From NCBI GenBank assembly GCA_965203295.1, contig CBDBCZ010000017.1, positions 1,120,001-1,184,000 on the forward strand: DNA of 64,000 bases, read 5' to 3'. The notes under the pieces were generated by a model. That model was not told the DNA's origin. It was given only the letters and a program-made list of their open reading frames with translations, and did no database searches. Shown here piece by piece: positions 1 to 28,589 of this stretch. The stretch is from Nitrospirales bacterium. Lineage in GTDB: Bacteria; Nitrospirota; Nitrospiria; Nitrospirales; UBA8639. Position numbers and translations under genes: made by a program. Each line of letters starts with the position of its first letter. Positions within the stretch are counted from its first letter, which is position 1.

Positions 1-483
1 TGAGATGATAGCCAGCATAATTTAAAAAAAAAATTATGCGAACAGCTCAGCTACCAAACCTTCCAATAATTTTGGAATACGAGCACCGTACCTGCATGCC
101 ATGGGAGCCATCAGGTATGGATGTGATACAATATATGAACCTGCTGGCTAATAACATTAATTAAACATGTATAGCTAACTCCATGTGTTCACTTCAGAAT
201 CTGCGAGAAGACAAATTTGAATATAAGAAAAAGCATATTATTAATAGTTGAATATATGCAGAAACTAAAGGGGGAAACTTAGCCATTATATACATGATTG
301 TAGCTACATGCTGTTTGCATTGTTGGCATGGCTATATATCTACTTTTATCTTATAGATAAGCTTTACAAATCACATAACTAAAAAGGTTCAAACTCAACA
401 CACACTTTCTAGTTGGAGTCCTTGTATGTACTAGTGAAGCAAGTCACTGCTCTATATGCAACCAGTTTGTTGTGCAATCTCCT

Positions 484-6823
<6,340 letters not shown>

Positions 6824-7139
6824 CGTGAGAAGAGCTACGTAGCTTGTACTCGCCGAGCAAATTAATTCTCCAGCAGGTGGGCAGTGTTTGCGCATGCGCA
6901 CTCGTGCAGGTGTCGTCACTGTCGTGGGGCGCCAGGAACTTTCCTTCTCAAGCGCATTAATTTCAGGAAATGAAACCTTGGCCCGGTGCTGTAGGTGCAG
7001 GCTGAGATGATAGCCGGAATAATTAAACAATTTTCATGCGATCAGCTCATGATCAGCTAACACAGACCTTCCAAGTTTGGATTGTGCAGCATCGTACCTG
7101 CATGCCATGGGAGCAACTGCCCCTGCTCAGGTATAGGTT

Positions 7140-7545
7140 AGATAATTTTGATTTTTGTCAGAAAGTGTCTCTTAAACCAACAGGCTAGTCTCCCAGAGAA
7201 TCCTGATTGGTACAACATATACAATTGCGACATATGCACAAAAAAAAATGTACATACAAATTCAAACAAAAGAAATTATGCTAATCAAGACCCACTATAC
7301 ATGTACTGCTGAGAAATGTAGACTTGCAAGTGTTTCTTGAAGTTGGCTGTACTCTGAATAGTCCTTATGTCTGCAGGCAGACTATTCCAACCCTGAGCAG
7401 CTCTAAACATGAATGATTTTTTCAGAAAATTCTTGTTTACTGTACTTCGGTATACATGTACAGATTTCCTTGTCCACATGTCTGACTAGATTGATAGACT
7501 TTAGCTTGTCCCTCAGGTAGCCTGAAGCATTCCCTATCCTACATA
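7140..7545 (-). mobile_element. 5'-truncated LINE (CR1/L2-like) 3' end
   Basis: The minus frame reads KKSFMFRAAQGWNSLPADIR..ANFKKHL, typical of the ORF2 C-terminus. The segment is absent from the paralogous flank at 1-200. Confidence 0.7.
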
Positions 7546-7871
7546 GGTTTATAGCATTATCTTTTATAATATATATTGTGGTTAATAGCATTATCTTTTA
7601 CTCCATGTGTTTACGTCTGCAAGCAGACAATATGAAAAAGCATATTATAGTTGTATGTAGAAAGAGAAAAACTTAATACATGATTGTACAATCATGCAGT
7701 TTGCATTGTTGGCATGGCTATAGAGAAGCTACATGCATACAAATCACAAACTAAGTAACCAAAATGGTTTAAACTAAACCGTGACACAATTTCTAGTTGG
7801 AGTTCCTGTATGTACTAGTGAAACAAGTCACTGCTCTACGCATGTGCAACCAGTTTGTTGTGCAATCTCCT

Positions 7872-12373
<4,502 letters not shown>

Positions 12374-12593
12374 CGTGAGAAGAGCTAGCTAGTACTCGCC
12401 AAGTATAAAATTGTGGCTATATCGACATTTCAATGGGCAGTGTCCACGCATGCGCACTCGTACACTAGAGCAGGAAGTCGCGAGAGATGAGGGACTCCCC
12501 CTCTTATGACGCCCTTTTTTTAATAGAGCAAAGTTGCTTAATTAATTGTATGCACGATTATCATAGCGCCCTTGCTAGAAGCCAGAAAGGACG
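12374..12593. promoter_or_regulatory. Short bidirectional promoter between head-to-head paralogs C and A
   Basis: 220 bp separate the divergent ATGs. The interval contains CGCATGCGCA (NRF1-like, 12447-12456) and GGGACTCCCC (kB consensus GGGRNWYYCC, 12491-12500). Both motifs recur upstream of paralog B. Confidence 0.55.
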
Positions 12594-17858
<5,265 letters not shown>

Positions 17859-19056
17859 AAGATTGCAAGACAATCTTTGGGTTGTGAGCGTAGCAGTGAT
17901 TACTGTAACTTGTAGTGTAATAGATATAGCCACTGTCTTTTCGACTAGCTACAATTTCTGTTGAGTTTAGACTATTTAATTTTTCCCTTGACTTATAGCA
18001 GCCACTTGCAATCCATTCATTTAAAAGGTAAAAGTACATCGTAATGCTTGGCAAAATTATTATGATAAGCGTGGTTACCATATGCATAACGTTGAACTGC
18101 TCCCTGACAACAAAATTAAAGTTGTATGTATATAGCCACCATAAGTCTGTGCTTTTGCAATTATGCACAGTACACTTTGGTGCAGGCATTTCAGGTTACG
18201 TGAGTAGTAATTGAAATCTCAAAATTAATGCATGTATTTGAATTCCAATATCCTAATTAGTTTTACCACCAATTGTTTCACCGCTAAAGCATTTATATCA
18301 CATAGCTTGCTTGGTTTTAAAGCATGGACTACATTAATTAACCCATTATGTGCACGGTCTCTTTCAGGTTTAATTGTACTCCAGTTTGACTGCAGTACCT
18401 CAATTTGAAAGTGGCTGCATGCATTTGGTGAATACTATTATCAAGCCTGACTGAGAATGTTACTGTACACAAATATCCAGAGGGAGGATTGAATAATAGG
18501 TATTATAGCTATTCACTCTATGATTTTTGTCACATGAATGTTGATACTCCTGTGGGCCTTTAATATAATATGCATGTGAGGCAAAGTTTAGCTAATGGAT
18601 CTGACCTCTATACCCAATGGACCAAAATGCACTAACATGTGAAATGAATAATGTATAATACTCCATCACCTGATTTTAGAACAAGAATTAAACATTATTT
18701 ACAGACAAGCATGCATGAAATTAGTCTCGTACCCAGACCCACGTTAAAATGGGACATACTCTGGGGCATTTTGAGACACTAGTCTTATTATTAAGCTTTA
18801 ATACACATGATAGCTATGTTACCAGTTACCATTATACGTAATAGTGTAACAAAGTATACACAAGACTCTCATACACAATACAAATATTTCCCAACTACCT
18901 GACATCACTACGCATACAGCCTTACTTCCAACCCCAGGCTTCCACCCAGCCCTAGCTATGCCGGCGTGCGCATGCGCATACGTGCACGAGCATGGGACTC
19001 CCCCTCCAATGCCTAATTGGTGCAAAGTTGCTTATTAGCCATTGCCAAAAAGGACG

Positions 19057-22000
19057 ATGGCTACTGCTGTTCTGTTGCTGCTATCTCTGATAGTCACTGG
19101 AACCTATGCAGGTATGATAGGTATACATAGCTACATGCATGTACTGCAGGTCCCACCACTTTTCCGAGTTACCGGGTATTACTAATATTTTTATTTACGA
19201 AAGCCTACATGGGAAGGTGAGACGAGGCCACAACAATACAACGTATTTTTGCCAATAAAGTATGCACTATAAGGCCTGTGAATTGTGACACTAGACATAT
19301 GTATGCTAGAGTTTAAGAGGTATATGCACTTTGATAGTTACTGTAGCTTGTGCCCCCCTGATGAGCAGTTATTATTATAGTTACTGTTTTTATGGTTTTG
19401 GTTTTAGATCTCCGAAGTGAGATAGAAGATGCAAATGCTCGCTTCACCGAGGCCTTCAACCGGCAGGACGCTGAAGCTGTCTCCCAGTTTTACACTGAGG
19501 ACTGCTCCATGATGCCAACTGGAAGTGATGTCATACAAGGAAAAACAGGTCTTACCATTCTACCTGTTTAAGTGTAAAGCAGGGCTTATCGGAATTGACT
19601 TCGGCAATAAGAGAATCATTCGTACAGCACGCAAGTATAACAACTGACAAAAACAGTGCACAGAGACAGCTGTATACATGTAGAGCAGCTGAGTTTTATT
19701 AAAGACAGGCCCCTTGGTGCCGGCATCCAGTCCAAATAAGGTAACAGTGGTGAGGCTTGCATGTGTCACATTGTCCAGCAGTAACAAAGGAAACATGGAG
19801 TCTCTCAGACGCTATTGTGCAACATCTGCTGGGGGGGGGGGGGGGGGGGGGGGTTAAATCGCTTATGACTGACAGTGTCTGCATGCATGCCCTTGTTTGT
19901 CAATGAGGGCCTATATAATCTCAGCCATTTTGAATAGTTTTTGCATGTCAGATTCAGCATGCAGAATGAGATACTACGTTTTAACCTGATATTCCTGTTC
20001 CAGGTTGACACAATGTTATCAGCATAATTATAATGATTGATCTTGACAAATTCACAGTCAAACTCTTGTTGGACAGTTTTGACGGCCAGTAGATACATCA
20101 GAAAATATTTTAGTGACTACCGGAGACTATTGGTACCGGGTTAGCTGCTGTTTTCTGACGCCGTCATATACGACGACTAGAATTGCTGAAGCTGGCTAGC
20201 TAGCTCTGTGGGCATGTCAGACACATGCATGACGTAATACAAGCAATTCAGTACTGGAACTGAAATATCAGAACGGGGTTGAGTTCTGCCCCCGTATAGA
20301 GCTGCTGGTTTCGATGACATTTACGTATTTTTGCTACCCATGCATCAGCTAGGATAAACTGTTACAGGAAATGTAAAGTATTATTATGCTATTGATGCAA
20401 AAAAAAAAAAGATTTGCTATGGGTTACAAATAACCTTTATGCAATACAAAACATATAGTTGTATATTTTCTCTGCTTACTTATTCTAGACGCCAAACGGT
20501 AGCATAATTACTTTTTCAATAATCACATGAGGGTTCACTTCTGTGCTTGTGGAACATTGCATTTGTATACCTCCAATAGGTAGGCCAAATATAGGTTAGA
20601 TAAGATACTGAGGTGGAGTTATCTCTGGATAATAGATACCTTGCTAGCGCAGCACACAGAAGTGTCTAACTGATTTAGACCTAGTGCTATGACAGCTGTG
20701 AAAGCTATTGAGCTATTTGAAGTTTAGGCCTCAGTTGTGACAGGAAAATCATGAATAAAGATGTATGAGGTCGGATGAGGTATCTAAATCCAATAGATAC
20801 TCTGGCAGGTATCTATTAGATACCTCATTAAGCAGGCATACTTGAATCAAAGGATATTATTCATGACTAGGTCTAACAACTGTTTGACTCTTAGAACTAA
20901 AGCAGTGCATGTAGTAGTTTACCTGGAGCGTTGTCTGGCTCTATATAGGCATGTAAGAAGAGAAGTTCATACACTACATTCTACATGTGCAGGAGTTTAC
21001 AGAATCTGATTGACACTACAGTACTGGCCAGTTCTTATTATTGCATTATCCTGCAATTCCACTGCACTAATAGGTGGATGAATGTTTAGAGTTAGTTTTG
21101 GAAGTCATTCCTGCATGCAATGTAAAGTAGGGGTACTTAACAACTACATAGGTGCAAAGTTTAGCGCAGTACTTTATATATTCATGCACTTGCATACACC
21201 ATGTAAACATGCACAGATGTTAAAAAGGTGCTCGATAGCTTCTTCCAGATGGGTGTGGACAGTCTGGTAATAAAGACCGATGAAGTGGGACCCTCTGATG
21301 CAACTGATACTTTATATGAACGAAGCCATTATACCCTCTTTGACATAAAGAGCAACATCCTTGACAAAGGAAAGTAAGTAACATGTAGTTGGCAGATTCA
21401 TATGATCAAACAACTATACTGAAGGCCACCCGTGGACTTTCCAATTCCTCTCCCCCAAACATTTATTAACAGCTAAAATTAGTGCTATAGTAGCTGCTCT
21501 GGAGTGTTTCTTATTGTATACGGCTACTATAATATGACGGTCAGATTCAATTGCTACAATGCAAGATTACTTGCCTCGTATTAAGGCACTAAGTGATCTT
21601 GTGGTTTAAGTTGTAAATGATCATCCACATGCAGTATAAATTTCCAAGTACTTGTAGGTAGGTACTAGGACTTAGTGGGTTTAAAATTCTGTAACTTATT
21701 GTTTATTTGTTTGACTCATCTACATCATCATTCAGGCATGTGGTAGTGTGGAAGAAGGTCGCTGGGGAATGGCGTTTACACATTGACATCTTCAACAGCA
21801 ACATTAACCCAGCCCAGAAGTCTGGTGAAGATGGTGAGTGGATAAGCACATCTTATCGCTCTACAATTGTGCCATCCAAAAGCTCACATTATTAACCTAC
21901 CGTAGATGGGGAAATTTTTGTCATTTAAAAAAAAAAAAAATTGGCAGTACCCTACGGCGACAAAAATAAAAAAAAAAACACGAATTGTTTCAGCATAGAA

Positions 22001-25000
22001 CATGGGCTAATAACGCTCCACTTCCGAAGTGACAAAAAAAAATATACATGGCTATTAATGGACGAGTATTTATTTCCCGATTTACGATAAATTGAGTTTT
22101 AAATTGTGCCCATACAATAACAGTGTAGCACTTCTAATAATGCTGACATCTAGCTGACTAACAATACGTAGTGTAAAAATTGTACGATATGGGCTTTCCA
22201 AAACCCACCCACTTTTAGCGAGTATCTCTGATTGTCCTGAATTGTGGATATGACTTAGTATACTAATTCTTTAGGAAGAGACTAACTGCAAATTTGAGCT
22301 AGATAGAGCTGAGATATATTCCGATACATTTTATTCACTCTCCATCTAAAATGTACAGAAAACTTTAAGTGGGCGTATCTGGTAAATTAAACATATAAAC
22401 CAGTCGTAGAGTACAAAGGTAGATCAAACTGATGGGAGAAAATGTATTGAGGGGGTGTAGTCCTGGAAGCCCCTATTACAGTAGGTTGTTGGTGTTTTCA
22501 GTCTACATGTATTTTGCAGCTCTAAAGGAAGAAATTGTTGCCCTCAACAAGCAATACACAGAGGAGTGGGAGGAGCAGGATGCAGAGGGTGTGGCTTCAT
22601 TTTACACCTGTGATGCCAAGAGCATGGGCCCTGGAATGGATGTTATCCACGGGAAGAAAGGTATTCACTTACTCCCTTAAACAACAGATTCAATAATCAA
22701 TTAGCACAATAATTTATCCATGCAACTGCATGTATAATAGACACACATTTATACGCATGCACCCCACACGAAATACAACACACACTTTCGATATTTCTCT
22801 CTCTCTTCTCTCTCACATGTACACACACATACACACCTACATTGTGTACATGCACACACACACACACACACACACACACCAGCCATCACTGATTTCCTGA
22901 AGTTGTTGTTTGGCAAGGGTATAGCTCGTATAGACCTTGACACCAAGGAGATATCCACCATGGGAGCCTCTGAGGACACTCTCTATGAGAGGGGATACTA
23001 TACCCTCTCCGGTGCTGAGGGTGATGTCATTGACTATGGCAAGTAAGTCTGATGCAACATTACAGTTTAGTACAATGTCATACATGTGCTACTCTATGCC
23101 GAGGACTTCATAGGAAGCAGGTGAAATAGTTTATTAATAAGTTTGGTGAGTTTGTTATCATTCTACACTCCTCGATATTATTTTATTAGTTGTCCATTGT
23201 GCCTGATGAGCCAATCATGAAAACGGTACCTTCACTTACCTGCTGCCGACAATTAAACCTCCCACTTTGATGTTGCATCCTCAAAGCCTGTTTCGACAGG
23301 AAGGGATGTGGTGGAAGTTAGCCAGGCCAACCCTAGTTGTATAGAGTAGCTAAGTTAGATACCATAGGCGCCGGTTTTTAATCACCGGTGCTTATCAGGA
23401 CAATAGCGACAAAATGGGTGCTTAAAAAGCGGAAGGTGCCTAAAAGCGAGCTATTTTAGGCTACGCCCACAATTATTTGCCACGTGCACGCGCGCAAATT
23501 TAGACAGCTATTGATCGATCCGCTACGCTTATAAAGAAGCGATTGTACCTAGCTTTTCAAACAGTTCTGCCTTTCAACAAGAAAGATGACTTCTCCCGGG
23601 GAAACGGCAATTTACATCCATCGCGATGTCATCTGAGGGCATCATGTGTACAAGGCCCTGGCTTCGGATGACATAACAGCTCTACTTCTCACCATTTTAT
23701 TCCAGCTGTTCCAGCAGACTAAGCAATCTCATTGCTTCATTATCCAAACACTTTGATTGGTCAAACTAGAAGGTACAACTCGAAAGTGATCCGTCGGGCG
23801 CGACTTTAGCTAGCTACCGGTAGATAGTTCACCGAAAAATTTTCACTCTCGATAGCATATAATTAGAATAGGTGCTTATTGCTGCCCGAAAAATCAAGAG
23901 CGGGATGGGTGCTTAAAAGTGTATAGGTGCTTAAAAGTGAAGGGTGCTTAAAAACCGGCGCCTACGGTAGGTCATGTGCTTAACTAGATTGTAGTGTAAG
24001 GGGTTGTAGTATAGTGTAGTTATAGTTCTGTAGGTTAGGATAGATATAAGGGCTTTAGCCTAGAGCTAGTGAATGCAGTAATAATGATTAAGATACCTTT
24101 CAGTTTTCATGTGTTTACCTAACTTTCAGTCCTGTGCTTGGTGGCTTTATTGCCCCGGCAGGTTGAGTCAAGTTGGGTTTGGGTTTGGCACGTTTTTTGT
24201 GTCGGTAACTTTAAGTTAGTCTTTATTATTTTGCAATTCATGATGGCTACGTCTAATAGGGGGCAGTCACCAGCCCGGCATACCAAGGTGATGGACTCTT
24301 ATCCTGGTCCATTAAAGAAGGGTAGACAACAAAAAAAAAAATAGAAATATTGGGCCTTGTGATTTTGATGCTGCATCCTCAAAGCCTGTTTCGACAGGAA
24401 GGGATGTGGTGGAAGTTAGCTAGTTGTATAGAGTAACTATTAGTGTTCCACCGATATCTGCATCGGTATCGAGATCGGTGCCGATACGGCTGATTTATCA
24501 TATATCGGTATCGATTTATAAACTTAGCGATATACCGCACGTGATGTGCCTCGTGTAAAGTTTGGCGATGGCAGCGAGACAGCGAAGAAGTGGAGTGTGG
24601 GAGCATTTTACGATTAATGCTGCAGATGGAGCCAAGGCCTCGTGTTCTATCTGTGGAGTGGTAGTATCGAGAGGTGGTACGGAGGCAAAAAGCTACAACA
24701 CCACTAACTTACGCAAGCATCTCGAGTCTAAACACCATGAAGAGTATCGACGGCTTGAAGTGAAAGAGCGAGAAGCAGCCAAGGCAAAGGGAGGTGCTAA
24801 ACAAATGACGTTGGCAGAGTCGATTGATAAGGTACAGCCTTATGCCTTTGACCATCCCAGAGCTCGGGAAATTCATAAGCGAATCGGGGAGATGATCGCT
24901 GTAGATAATGAGCCGTTTACTTTAGTAAATCACGTTGGCTTTGCTCGTCTGATGAATCTGGTGGAACCCCGTTATCAATTTCCATCAGACAAGTACTTCT

Positions 25001-27277
25001 CTGAAAAGCTGATACCGGAAATGTATGAAAAAGTTTGTGGAAGAGTGAAAATTCTTGTGTCAAAGGCAGCTCATGTCAGCATCACAACTGACGTGTGGAG
25101 CTCAGTGGCACAAGATTCCTACATCAGCTTAACAGCTCATTACATCACCCCAGATTTTGAACATCAACAGGTGTGCTTGCATGCAGCTCCTTTCAATGAC
25201 CGACATACCGGTGAACACATAGTAGCTATGCTCACCAAGTGTCTTGAGAACTGGAACCTAGCTGAGAAGCTGCATGTAGTTGTCCGAGACAACGGTAGCA
25301 ACTTTGTTGCTGGTCTTCGAGATGGAGAAATTCCGAACATACCTTGTTTGGCGCACACCCTCCAACTTGTTGTGAAAGACGGGTGTCTTGGTCAGCCTGC
25401 TATTACAGACCTCACTGCAAAAGCTCGCAAGTTGGTCGGCCACTATAAGCACTCCAATATTGCTCTTCAGTCCCTCCTTAAAATTCAAGAGCAACTTGGT
25501 ATGCCTCGGAATCGACTGATTCAGGATGAGCCTACTAGGTGGAATACCACATTTTACATGCTTCAACGGCTACTGGAGCAGAAAAAAGCGATAACTGCCG
25601 CAGGTGTAGAGCTAGAGGTTCCAATTGAGTTAACCAGTGCCAACTGGGCCTTAGCAGAGAAGGCTATGAAAGTACTCCAGGTGTACGAAGAAGCGACACG
25701 TGAAGCCAGTGGTGACTACTCCTCAGCTTCTGTTGTTATCCCAGTAGTTAATAGCATCATGAGGTCACTGGAAGTGTCTGATTCTGATACTGGAGTGATG
25801 AAAATGAAGCGAGGAATGCTGGCATCACTTAAGCATCGCTACGAGAACATGGAATCGAATGAATACTTCGCCATAGCTACTCTACTGGATCCGAGATTCA
25901 AGCTGCGAGTTTTCTCTTCAACCTCTTCTGGAGCATTAGCAAAGCAGATGCTGATTTCATCGTATGAAACTCTAGAATCACAAGATAACTCCAATCCTCC
26001 TTCCCCCAAACGCATGCGGGAGCAGAGTGAAGATAGTGAACCTCCTAGTTCACTTCTCTGGAAGTTCTGTAATGAGTTGATAGAAGAAAAATCTGAAACT
26101 GAGAGTTCACCTAAATCAACACAGTCTGTGATCGACAGCTACCTCAAGGAACCTAATCAGCCTAGGAAGTCAAGTCCGCTTGCTTACTGGAAGGATAGGC
26201 AGTCAGTATGGCCAATTCTGGCCAACTTGGCCCAACAGTATCTTTGTGCTCCACCTGCTACTGTGGCTTCAGAAAGGTTGTTCAGTGCTGCAGCAAACAT
26301 ATGTACTGATTCGCGAAATCGTCTCTCCCCAAAGAAGGTTGAACAGCTGCTATTTTTAAACAAAAACTTGCAGTTTGTAAGTTTTGATTATTAACTCCCC
26401 ATTCTTTGTGCTTTTATACTCTTCTGTTATGTACTGAGAAATGTAATTAAACGGCTCTTATCGGTATCGGGTATTGGGATTTATTTGATTAAAGACATCG
26501 GTATCGTACATATTAGTAAATAGTGGTATCGGTGGAACACTAGTAACTATAGTAAGTTAGATAGGTCATGTGCTTAAATAACTAGATTGTAGTGTTATGT
26601 TGCGTTCCTGCATGAAACACTGCTCATAAACATACAAATCACTTATAATCGCTGCTATATGCATGTACGCAAGAGTATATATTGAACTATGAGTTCCATC
26701 GAGGCAGCATAGGACTAAAGCTTACTAGGAACACACACACAGAAAATATATCTTTCATATCTTAGTTTACAGTGCAGATAAGAACAAACTCTATACTAAC
26801 TTGGGAGCTGTATTAAACCTCCCTTGTTAAAACTACATGACAAAATTCACCCTGACCTCTGACTCTTTGTCCATGACAACTTCAATGATAGCACCCAAAA
26901 AACTGCCCAAGACACCATTTTGAACACGAGCCTTGCCCCCAAGGCCCGAGGGAGAGGGACACACAAACTTGGTATTATAGTATATATAAAAAGCTAGCTG
27001 AGATTGTTAGGTCCATATCACGCGATATAATTGGCCTCGCTGCACTCAGCAGTATTACTAGTATTGTCAGCACTGCAGTCATACAATTGAACACTGTCAG
27101 CCATATACCATTTACATGTGTACTCCATGTAGTCTATTCTCAAGTGTTATTCATGATGTGTGTTGCATTTATAATAGGTACATATACCTGTGGAAGAGGG
27201 TGGATGGTCAGTGGAAGATCTATGCGGACATCTTTAACACCAACTCGAGTCCTCCTGAGTCTCATGATGAACTTTAA
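19057..27277 (+). CDS. ER-luminal tandem NTF2/SnoaL (DUF4440-like) domain protein, paralog B, ~283 aa, ends HDEL
   Basis: Exons 19057-19111, 19408-19548, 21217-21373, 21736-21833, 22520-22660, 22883-23042, 27178-27277. It is a close copy of paralog A, with the last intron enlarged by transposon insertions. Confidence 0.88.
23362..23967. mobile_element. Tc1/mariner (pogo-type) MITE
   Basis: TIR CCRTAGGCGCCGGTTTTTAA at both ends with TA on both flanks. The empty site AGTTAGA-TA-GGTCATG is visible in the duplicated segment near 26555-26570. Confidence 0.85.
24441..26542 (+). mobile_element. Autonomous hAT DNA transposon
   Basis: Perfect 16-bp TIR TAGTGTTCCACCGATA (24441-24456; inverse at 26527-26542), perfect 8-bp TSD GTAACTAT (24433-24440 and 26543-26550), subterminal ATCGG repeats and a transposase ORF inside. 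Confidence 0.95.
24568..26394 (+). CDS. hAT transposase (ZBED1-like), 608 aa, intact
   Basis: BED finger (SGVWEHF..CSICG..NLRKHLESKH), DDE residues in TTDVWSS / VVRDNGSN / ASERLFS, CLAH motif, PTRWNT and a C-terminal hAT dimerisation region (PLAYWK..WPILANLAQQYL). Confidence 0.93.
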   Translation: MAARQRRSGVWEHFTINAADGAKASCSICGVVVSRGGTEAKSYNTTNLRKHLESKHHEEYRRLEVKEREAAKAKGGAKQMTLAESIDKVQPYAFDHPRAREIHKRIGEMIAVDNEPFTLVNHVGFARLMNLVEPRYQFPSDKYFSEKLIPEMYEKVCGRVKILVSKAAHVSITTDVWSSVAQDSYISLTAHYITPDFEHQQVCLHAAPFNDRHTGEHIVAMLTKCLENWNLAEKLHVVVRDNGSNFVAGLRDGEIPNIPCLAHTLQLVVKDGCLGQPAITDLTAKARKLVGHYKHSNIALQSLLKIQEQLGMPRNRLIQDEPTRWNTTFYMLQRLLEQKKAITAAGVELEVPIELTSANWALAEKAMKVLQVYEEATREASGDYSSASVVIPVVNSIMRSLEVSDSDTGVMKMKRGMLASLKHRYENMESNEYFAIATLLDPRFKLRVFSSTSSGALAKQMLISSYETLESQDNSNPPSPKRMREQSEDSEPPSSLLWKFCNELIEEKSETESSPKSTQSVIDSYLKEPNQPRKSSPLAYWKDRQSVWPILANLAQQYLCAPPATVASERLFSAAANICTDSRNRLSPKKVEQLLFLNKNLQFVSFDY

Positions 27278-27689
27278 AAGATTGCAAGACAATCTTTAGG
27301 TTGTGAATGTAGCAGTGACTACATGTTACAGTAGTATAATAGCTAGCCACCGTCTTTCTGACTAGCTACAATTTGTGTTAGAACATTTTGTTTTTCGCTT
27401 GACTTATAGCAACTACTTGTGAAAGGTGAAAGTGCATTAAAGTGCAGAAATTTTTTTTGGACTATTTGTCGATGCTCAGAAACTGCCCTCGTATCAGATC
27501 TCACTACTAACACTTAAGATCGTCATGTAGCTATACTGCATGTTATAAACCACCCCCTAGACGCATTTACCAGTAAAACACGAGTCTCAGACAGTTCCAG
27601 GTAAACCCTGAGGGTGAAGCCCAGTCTTGCAGGCCAGTTTAACTTTTCCTCCTCAGGTGGCGAAAAGTTAGTCTGGCTTGCGAGACTAT

Positions 27690-28589
27690 ATAGGTGGCGA
27701 CTAAAATGGCAGCGAAGTTGGAGCTCCCAGAACCGCTTGCTCTTTGTATTCAGACAGCTTTGAATGCTGGTAGGAGACTCTCTTGGAGAGTGTGCGGGGC
27801 ACTCTTGTACAGCTTGTCTGGAAGTCTGACTCTCCTTCACTTGACGCCCCGCTTGCCATCACGCGCCCACGTAAGCAGTCCCCTTTACAGATTAGGAGGA
27901 GCCAACGGCGACTACAGGAGTTCCTGAAGCGTAAGAAGCAGCTGGCAGTCTCTGGTGGTGTTGAAACGGAAGCTCGGGTGGGAATTACTACCGGAGCCGA
28001 ACATCCACCGCCTGTATCTGCGCATACTCCAATTAAAGACCACTTGCTGGATAGTCTGGAAAACCAACCAGATTGTGGGGCTCTGGAGGATGTCCAAGAA
28101 GTTGACCTGGCAACTTGCAAGTCAGTACGCTTTGAAAGCAATGATGGAATACCTGGGTTACGCTGCACATTATCATCTGGTGTTGAAAAGTGGACCCCCG
28201 TAAGAAAGAAGCAGAAGTCCAGAGTTCAGAGAGTACAAAGAATGTGATAGAGTCCTGGTTTGATGTATTATGAATATATAGTGTTTCGTTGATACCTGTA
28301 ATCCTTTCCTCGATTGCTTGTCGAACTCGAGCTAGAACAAATATTACTGAAGGAACATTGTTATTGACGCTGTTAGACCCCTGATTGTACAATATGTACC
28401 TATATTTGGTCTCATGGGTCAGTTTTGGCCCGCTACCCTAGGGGTGTGACCTAAAAAATATTCATATTCATATTCATATTCATATTCATATTCATATTCA
28501 TATTCATATTCATATTCATATTCATATTCATATTCATATTCATATTCATATTCATATTCATATTCATATTCATATTCATATTCATATTC
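27690..28589 (+). mobile_element. Probable non-autonomous retroposon with a frameshifted ORF remnant and (ATATTC)n tail
   Basis: MAAKLELPEPLALCIQTAL..LSWRV shifts frame to GTLVQLVWK..SPLQIRRSQRRLQEFL. It ends in an A run plus a hexamer microsatellite, as tailed LINE derivatives do. The family was not recognised. Confidence 0.4.
28458..28589 (+). repeat. (ATATTC)22 microsatellite
   Basis: Perfect hexamer run. Confidence 0.95.

Noticed and set aside
19829..19853. Long G or C homopolymers (also ~4709-4730, ~46410-46435) as G-quadruplex signals
   Set aside because: Not conserved between paralogous introns, and homopolymer length is error-prone.
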